Assembly: GCA_026025795.1 (NCBI GenBank) | Contig: JAPEUG010000020.1 | Span: 62,001 to 89,428 of the forward strand | Source of the DNA: Thelocarpon superellum | Lineage: Eukaryota | Direction: 5' to 3' | Length of the DNA stretch: 27,428 nt | The notes under the pieces: model-generated | What the model saw: only the letters and a program-made list of their open reading frames with translations | Databases searched by the model: none | Told to the model about the DNA's origin: nothing | Position numbers and translations under genes: made by a program | Shown: positions 20,335 to 27,428 of the stretch, one piece after another | How the letters are laid out: each line of letters opens with the position of its first letter | Numbering within the stretch: the stretch's first letter is position 1

Positions 20335-23212
20335 TCACATGGTGCCGTCGTTATCGTCATCGTCATCTTCATCTTCATCGTCGTCGTCCTCTCTGCCATC
20401 GCTATCAGAGAAGGGTGCCTTGTGTTCGCCGGGACTCGCCGTCCACCACGACGGCGATGATGAGGCGGACGAGGGCACGGACGCGTCGGCCGTAGTAGGC
20501 GACTGCCGGGATAGACGTTGCAAGCGCCAGTCGTCCGAGCTCGGCGCACAGACAGGGGCGGTGGCGAGGGGGAAGAGCTGCTCGAAGACCTGCAGGGCCT
20601 TCACATTGGCCGGAGCATTCAGCTTGCGCCAGAGCTCCTCATCGTCGGGGAGGCGAATCATCTCGTTGGACCAGCTGCGTTCAAGCCCATGCCAATGGCG
20701 GAAGTGGTCGATGAGCGACTCTAGCGAGTGAACTTTCGTCTGCACGCGCGCCGTCGTCCGGTCGCGCTCGAGGCAGGCGGCGCAGCGGAATTGGTCGAAG
20801 AGGTCGTAGACACCAGCGCGCATCAGATCCAGAGGAAGGTCCCGGATGTATTCTACCGTACGTGGTAGTGAGAGGCCGCGTCGCAAGGTCTTGTACTTGC
20901 GCGCGGCGTACTGGATTACGATCTTCGTCTTGAGCGTCGGATCGAGCCCCGTGTCGCGAAGTAGCAAGCCGGCGTAGACGATGTTGGCTGTGGCATCGTG
21001 GTCACCGTCGTGTAGATAGATGGTGCGGCCGTCAAAGGCGGAACCCGTCACCGCGCCAGTCTCGATCACCGGTGCGCGTACGTACGCGCGCGGATCGTCG
21101 GGATTCCACTTGCCAAGCGCGACTTGGTGATCGGCCAGAACGGGGAGATTGAGGGGCCAATGCACGTTGAGCCAAGGAAAGGTCGTGACGGCCTCAAGCC
21201 CGTCACCAAACAACATGTGAAAATCTCCCAACGCCGCAGCGTGGCGTCGGCGCAGGTGGACAAACAACGCTTCGAAGCTGTAGCGGAGGTTCACGTCCGT
21301 GCGGGCACAGCCAGGGCATTTGAAACTCGTGGCCGCCAGCCGCCGCGCCCGGGGCCAGCAGTTCATTTCGGGCCGGAGCTTGCTTTCCAACGCCCAGCGT
21401 GCGTCCTCCAGCACGAGGCTGTAACCCTGGACCGCAGCGACGCCGCCCGCCTTCTGAATCTCATAGAAAAGGCGGCGGATTTCTCGCAGCGCCAGGAGCA
21501 CGAAGTCTGCGTCCGCGACTGGAGGCGAGGCGCGGCGGAGCTGATCGATGACGCGGTCCGCGATGAGGGCGACGATGTGTTGTTCTGGCGTGCCACCATC
21601 GGCACGGCGGTTCATGCGGCGGATGTATTCCGCCTGCTCGATACGGTCGCGGTCCTCTTGCGCCGCCCGCGTCCGCTGGGCGTGCACGGCAGCTTGGGCC
21701 GCCTCGCGGTCCTTGAGCAGCTTGGGGACGAGCGCGCGCCATGCCCGCTCGCTGGGAGCGCGCGGAATCTCGACCGCACGCTTGTAGGCCTGGATGAGCG
21801 ATAGGGCCTCGGGGAGGATGGGCGGATCGAGCTCGCCGGCACGCTTGGTGAAGTACTCCACCCGCTGCATCTTCCTCTTGGCGTTCAGATGGACCTTGCC
21901 GCGGGCCCGTGTCTCCACCCAATCCTCGATCTTTTGGATGCGGTCCATGGCTGCGTCACGAGCGACGCGCTTCTCTTCCAGCCAATCCGCGTATTCCTTC
22001 TCCGTCTTGCGCGGCCGCGCGCCGACAAACGATTCGCGCTCGGCGAGGATGCTCGATACATCGGCCTTGCCAAAGATCTTCTGGCGCCCGTGGCCCTGGC
22101 GCGACCAGCTCCGGTCATAGTCGCCGGCCATCTCATAATTTCCCCAAGAGTCCACCGTACCATATGGAATGCATTTCTCCAACAGATCTCGTTCCACGTC
22201 CAACAGGGTCGTCGCAGCATCTTCCTGCTACAAGTGGGAGGCAAGATCATGAGCAATCTGAGGAGATTCCTAGGAGGAGGGATGGGATACGAACCTTGAC
22301 GGTGTTGCGGTGCAGACAATCCGCACACCAGCGTCGCTGCCACGGCCAGTAGGTCTTCCGCGTCCGTGGGTTCCCACAGTCCATACAGCCGAGGCCCTCA
22401 AGGAGGTTGGCATAGTGATCCTCTCGCATCCCCGGAAAAGGATCGGGGAGGTCGGGCCCGTAGACCATCATACGATTCTTCTTCCACACCGACTCATAGG
22501 TCAGGACTCGATGAAAGGACTTGCTGATGCGGCGTGCCTTGGCGAGAAACTTGCCGGGGCAGAAGGAGAGGACATGCTCCCAGATGTCCATGGGGATCTT
22601 GGAGATCACCATGCGGCCCTTGCGCAGTCTCGTGGGTCCCCTTGCCTTGGGGGTGGTCGGCGGCTCCCAGCCCTTGGGTCGCCCCCCAATATTCCGTCTC
22701 TTGCTTGGCGACATGGCGGGGTCCTCTACGGCCGTGGTCATGTCCAGGTCCGGCTCGGCGGAGTGGGGTCGCTTTCTGGTCGACGGGGAGCCTGGGATCG
22801 TGACCGGGTCACTCATCGGGTCGTCGAACAGATAGCCTACCGAGGTATTTGGCGTGTCCGATGGCGAGGGCGTAGGGTCGGAGGATGGTGTCGAGGGAGG
22901 GAGGCATGCGGCGGCGGGGATGGCATCGTCCAATTTAACATCGCGAGCACCGGGTAGGACATGGGCGTTTGGCCGGCCGGACGGGGGGTCGTGGGCGACG
23001 TCGGGGTGCAGCGGATGGAGCGGAGCTTGTATCATGGTGGGTGACCCTGGCATGACGCATGCGTCGGGCGTGAACGCGAGTGCGAGCGCTGGTGCCGGAC
23101 GAGGCGGTCGCGGGTGCTGGTCGGCACCGAGCATGGACGCGATGTCCATCGTGGTGGAGGCATGGACCAGTACTTGTAGCGAGGGACGAGGCTTGGACCT
23201 GGCAGGCGCCAT
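20335..23212 (-). CDS. Large F-box protein with several zinc-binding motifs (936 aa from ATG 23212, or 915 aa from ATG 23149). Exons ..22295 and 22227..20335
   Basis: F-box motif ISKIPMDIWEHVLSFCPGKFLAKARRISKSFHRVL...VWK, then CMDC-x16-CADC, two C2H2-like motifs (CPGC...HLRRRH and CAAC...HFRHWH) and an acidic tail. Intron 22294..22228 (GTTCGT...TAG) joins the two long ORFs in frame. Confidence 0.85.
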
Positions 23213-23759
23213 GGCCGGACGCCAGTGGGGCTATAGGTTGCCGCAAGTGATGCCCATCGTCCGTCCGGGGAGGGTCGAGGAGGGAAGGCGGATGGGGGCA
23301 GGGCGAGCACCAGCGGAGCGGACGGGACCGGGGTGTGGGGAGGGGGCAGAAGGAGCGTGATCGAGCGTGACGAGGGTCGGCGAGCGTGGTGGAGGTGAGG
23401 GTGGTCAGTGGTGAAGGCGAGCGAGGGTGTGCTTAAGCGCAGTGGCCAGCGCAGTTCGGCGCAGTTCATGGGGTCGGAGGGTGGTCAAGGGTCAAGGCCC
23501 GGGGTCAATGGCCAATGGACGGACGGCCAAGGGCCCCAGGGAATATTGCCGGGCCCGGGGCGCTGGCGCCGCTGGACGCCGGCCGAACGAAAGAACGCCA
23601 GGTCCCTCTTCTGCCCACCTACGTTAACGGGAAAATGAGCGTGTCGATCGCCGGGAGACGGGAACTGAATAATCATACGCACTGCTAAATCTAGGCCTGA
23701 TCGATCGCTCGCCGCAACTGGAAATGACGGGGCGCGCCTAAAGAGAGCCGGCAGGGCGC

Positions 23760-23797
23760 CTGATCGCCCTGATCTCCCATGATCTCCCATGATCTCC
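23760..23797. repeat. 10-bp imperfect tandem repeat (TGATCTCCCA-like) about x4
   Basis: CTGATCGCCC TGATCTCCCA TGATCTCCCA TGATCTCC read directly. Confidence 0.8.
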
Positions 23798-24546
23798 ACA
23801 CGATAGCATGTCTCTTATGCCACTGCTTCCGTCCCCTCCCCGCCGTCCCTGCACGGCACAATCTGTCTATGGGGCGGCGTGTCCAGGTCATGCACTGTAT
23901 GCCGAGCCGGTGCCCCGGTCACCGCCAGCCAAGGCCTGCCACACCTGCGTACGCCCCGGCTCTCCAGGCACTCTCGCAGCGCGGCCGATCGCCCCGCAGG
24001 ACGGTGTCGGCAGAAGGCACAGGCAGATTATCCGCACGGACCGGGACCATGTGCCCGTAGTCGTGCCTGCAGCCAAGATCATGCGTCGGGAAACAACGGT
24101 CGTCAATCAGGCCGACGCCACCGCCCGTCGTAAACGAGCCTGACTACCGGAATGTCCGAGGCGGCTAGATGATACTGCTACTGACGTGAAATTATGCAAT
24201 GATGCAGGTGCGGTCGTGGCCAGATGGCCGGCCCCAACGGAATGGCCGGCCCTTAGATGAGGACCACGGCAGAGGCGCATAGTCTCGCCAATGCTTCGTG
24301 GGAGGCGAGGGGTGCGCCTGTCTCCGGACACCCAGATCGCCAGGTGCCGGTGCGATGCCGGAACGGGCTCATTCGGTTCGGGCGCCAAACTCGGGAAATC
24401 CCTAACATACCATACCCATCCAATGCCACATCGAACCACGCCCATGCACACACCTACGCAGAGACCTGCCGTCGCACGGACTTGTGTGCATTGGCCGAGC
24501 CCCCCCGCGCCCGCGCACGCTCACGCTCACGCTCACGCTTGCGACC

Positions 24547-26042
24547 TCATTTGCCGATTTCCGTCGTTGCCTCCAGGCGTAGATTCGGGAGCTCGATCAG
24601 GGCGCGTCCGATTTTGTCTAGGGCCGACACAATCTCGTCATCGGTAATGACCAGCGGTGGCGCCAAACGAATGATGTTTTGGTGTGTAGGTTTGGCCTGC
24701 ATGCATCCTCAAGTCAGCCACCAAGTGGACCACAGCTAGCGAAGGGAGCGGAGCGAGGATCAGGGCATGCACTCACCAGCAGGCCTTTTTCTTTGAACAA
24801 GATGCATAGGTCCCACGCGCTATGACCACCCGTCCGGCTCTCGTCGATGACGATGGCATTGAGTAGCCCTTTCCCGCGGATCGTCGTGATAATGGGGCTT
24901 TGCAGCGCCCGTAGGCCCTGGCGAAATTTCTGCCCGGCCTGTTCAGCTCGGGCCACCATGTTTTCCTCATGAATAATTTCCAGCGCTCGAATGGCGACGG
25001 CGCATCCGAGAGGATTGCCACCATAGGTGGAGCCATGCGTCCCCGGCTCGACCGTCAGCATGATATCTTTGGACCCGAGGACGCAAGACACTGGATACAT
25101 GCCGCCAGAAATGGCCTTACCCAGCAAGACCATGTCGGGCTTGACTCCACTCCAATCGGAGCACAGCATCCGGCCCGTCCGGGCAATGCCGGTCTGAATC
25201 TCGTCACAGATCAACAGGATATGGTGCTCCTCGCAGAGCGCCTTCACTTGCGGAAGATAGTCGTCGTCAGGTACGATGATCCCCGCCTCACCCTGGATCG
25301 GCTCGACCAGCACCGCGGCCACCTTGGGGCCATGCGCTTGCAACGCCGCACGCAAGTCGGGAACGGAGTTGTATCGGATGGCCTGCCCGGTTGACGGGCA
25401 GACCGGTCCCACATTGGGAACGTACGGGCCATAGCGATCCCGGGATTCCGAATCCGTCGACATGGAGATGGCGGCAAGCGTGCGCCCGTGGAAGTTCTCC
25501 GTCACGGAGAGTACGATGGCTTCATCCTCCGGAATGCCCTTGATCTTGTAGCCCCATTTGCGCGCAATCTTCACGCCTGTCTCGACCGCCTCGGCGCCCG
25601 TGTTCATGGGCAAGACCATTTCATACCCGAATATCTTGGTCACGCACGCAGCGAAGCGGGGGAAGACATCGTTGTAAAAGGCCCTCGAGCTCAGCGTCAA
25701 TCGCTGCGCCTGCTCCGTCAGGGCTTTCACCAATTCCGGGTGGCAATGGCCTTGGTTGACGGCCGAGTAGGCTGAGAGAAAGTCGAGATACTCCCGCCCC
25801 TCTGGATCCCACACGCGCGTGCCGCTAGCTCGCGCGAAGACGATGGGTAGAGGGTGGTAGTTATGAGCGGCATAGGTATGCTCGTCATCGATGGCCTCGA
25901 GAGATGACGACGCGTGATACATCGCCGGATCTGGGTTTGCGGTGGGGTGGAAGGAGGGCGCCGTGGCTTTCAGGGTCGTCGCGCCGTTGGCGTCGGTTGC
26001 CGTGGCGGCGCCAGCCGCAGCAGAGGTAGCAATAGGCGGCAT
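24547..26042 (-). CDS. CAR2: Ornithine aminotransferase (class III PLP enzyme), 471 aa. Exons 26042..24777, 24696..24547
   Basis: Motifs AHNYHPLP, DFLSAYSAVNQGHCHP, LPMNTGAEAVET, EPIQGEAG, DEIQTG, LGKAISGG (PLP lysine) and HGSTYGGNPL. An 80-nt intron (GTGAGT...GCTGAC...CAG) restores GLL|AKPTHQNIIRLAPPLVI. Confidence 0.98.
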
Positions 26043-26658
26043 GATGTGGTCGATGACACAATGAGCGAAGAAGGCTTGGTTCCGCTGGATGGTGCTGGTG
26101 GATGGGGTAGGAAATGCTCCTGGTCGGGTGAGGTTTGTTCAAATCGGGAGAAACAATGGCGGGGTCGTGGATGGCAGATGCAACCGCGGAATGAACGTGA
26201 GAATGTCCTCCTGAAAGGTCTGAAAGGTGCCTGGTCCAGATCCGGTTCCTTAAGTAATGGCGTGGCCAAAGTGGAGCCGTTCCATCAGAGTCAGGTGGTG
26301 CAAATGCGTTCCAAACTGCCTTTAGAGATGCGTTCGGCATTGCCCCGCGTTGGATAGTCGTCTGGAACTGCCCTTAGGGGAGTGACATTTAGGGCAGTTT
26401 GCCGTCGGTAGCCGCCATTGCTTCCGCGGCCTATTAGCTGCTGAAAGCCCGCCTCGTCCCTGGGAGCAGCGTCGGGATCGCGACGTGCGTGGTGCAGAAA
26501 TCTGCAGTTCGCCGTAATTTAGCGGGAAGCCACTTGGGGTGATGCCGCTGCTGTCAACAAAAGGTAGGCCAGGTATCATCGGCCGTGAAAGGACCCGCAA
26601 CCATGGCCATTCCTTGCTTCACGTGAGGAGCAAGCCATGCCCACTGGCGACCCGAACG
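26043..26658. promoter_or_regulatory. Divergent (bidirectional) promoter region between CAR2 and GPI10
   Basis: 616 bp between head-to-head start codons; includes TGACTCTG (CpcA/Gcn4-like, minus strand, 26286-26293). Confidence 0.6.
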
Positions 26659-27428
26659 ATGGGCGCGCAATCCCGTAGGAATGACGTGCCGTCCGAGAGT
26701 GAAGGCGCCACCCCAAAAAGCGTCCAACACACTGGCCGAGCCACGACCGAGGGCATCTTCCTCTTCCTGCTCGCGTTTCGGCTTTTGAACGCTTTGAGCA
26801 CCAAGACCTTCTTTCAGCCGGACGAGTACTTCCAGTCGCTCGAACCGGCTTGGGCCTGGGCATTTGGAAGCACGAGCGGTGCCTGGATCACCTGGGTACG
26901 GCGATGCTGGGGTCAAGGGCTACTAGCCGGTCACGGCTGATGGCTGATGGCTGATGGCTGATGGCTGATGAATCGACAGGAGTGGGAGCATCAATTACGA
27001 TCGGCCATACACCCAGCCATCTTTGCTGCCACCTATTACAGCGCCTCCGGACTCGCGACGCTGTTCGCCCTCAACGCGGCCACACGTGCAAACATCTTGA
27101 TCGCCGCACCCAAAATCGTTCAAGCCGCCTGCGCCGCAACCGGCGATTTCTATACGTGGAGGTTAGCACGGCGGATCCATGGTCCGCACGACCCCGTCAG
27201 TTGGCTCGTTGTACGTAGTCTACATCTGTGTGAATGAGCTCCTGATCTCACGAGTAAACGCGCACTGACCGAGGAGGAATGCCGTCATTCTAGCTGGCTC
27301 TCACGATCTGCAGCCCTTGGCAGTGGTTCGTTTCCATTCGAACCTTTGCCAATGCCGCTGAGACTACCTTGACCGCCGCCGCCCTGACCCACTGGCCCTG
27401 GTCTTGGGCGTCGGGAAAAGTAGGCGGT
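26659..27428 (+). CDS. GPI10: GPI mannosyltransferase 3 (Gpi10/PIG-B, GT22), 3'-partial. Exons 26659..26895, 26980..27210, 27294..>27428
   Basis: Motifs [31 protein letters not shown]...[23 protein letters not shown] and [17 protein letters not shown]. Two phase-0 GT-AG introns (84 and 83 nt). An alternative in-frame ATG lies at 26542. Confidence 0.95.
26935..26969 (+). repeat. (GGCTGAT)x5 perfect 7-bp repeat at the branch-point position of GPI10 intron 1
   Basis: Units at 26935, 26942, 26949, 26956 and 26963, followed by GAATCGACAG| acceptor. Confidence 0.97.

Noticed and set aside
18211..24549. Cryptic peroxisomal isoforms by stop-codon readthrough for CCP1 or OAT
   Set aside because: Stop contexts are TAG-AGG and TGA-GGT, not the TGA-CTA readthrough motif.
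1..27428. ATG1, GTS1, TF, CCP1, F-box, CAR2 and GPI10 as a functional stress-response cluster
   Set aside because: These are unrelated housekeeping functions with no shared pathway or shared promoter motif visible; ordinary gene neighbourhood is the simpler explanation.

Overview
Eukaryotic DNA from a GC-rich filamentous ascomycete (Pezizomycotina-type genes; short GT-AG introns, mostly 47-84 nt, with CTRAY branch points). I reconstructed seven conserved genes by hand: the 3' end of ATG1 (+), a GTS1-like ArfGAP-UBA protein with a polyQ tract (-), an atypical Zn2Cys6 transcription factor (-), mitochondrial cytochrome c peroxidase CCP1 (-), a large F-box/zinc-finger protein (-), ornithine aminotransferase CAR2/otaA (-), and the 5' part of GPI mannosyltransferase GPI10/PIG-B (+). 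The ~8.3 kb between ATG1 and the ArfGAP gene has no conserved gene. It holds a frameshifted, 5'-truncated ankyrin relic, a possible solo Tc1/mariner-pogo-type end next to a transition-decayed repeat, and three candidate small orphan genes on the minus strand. One of these contains a perfect 16-bp tandem array that could act as a frameshift switch. A five-copy array of branch-point-like motifs sits in GPI10 intron 1. I found no tRNA, rRNA, CRISPR array or intact transposon, and no clear multi-gene novel system. All novelty claims are hypotheses from reading the sequence, without database searches.
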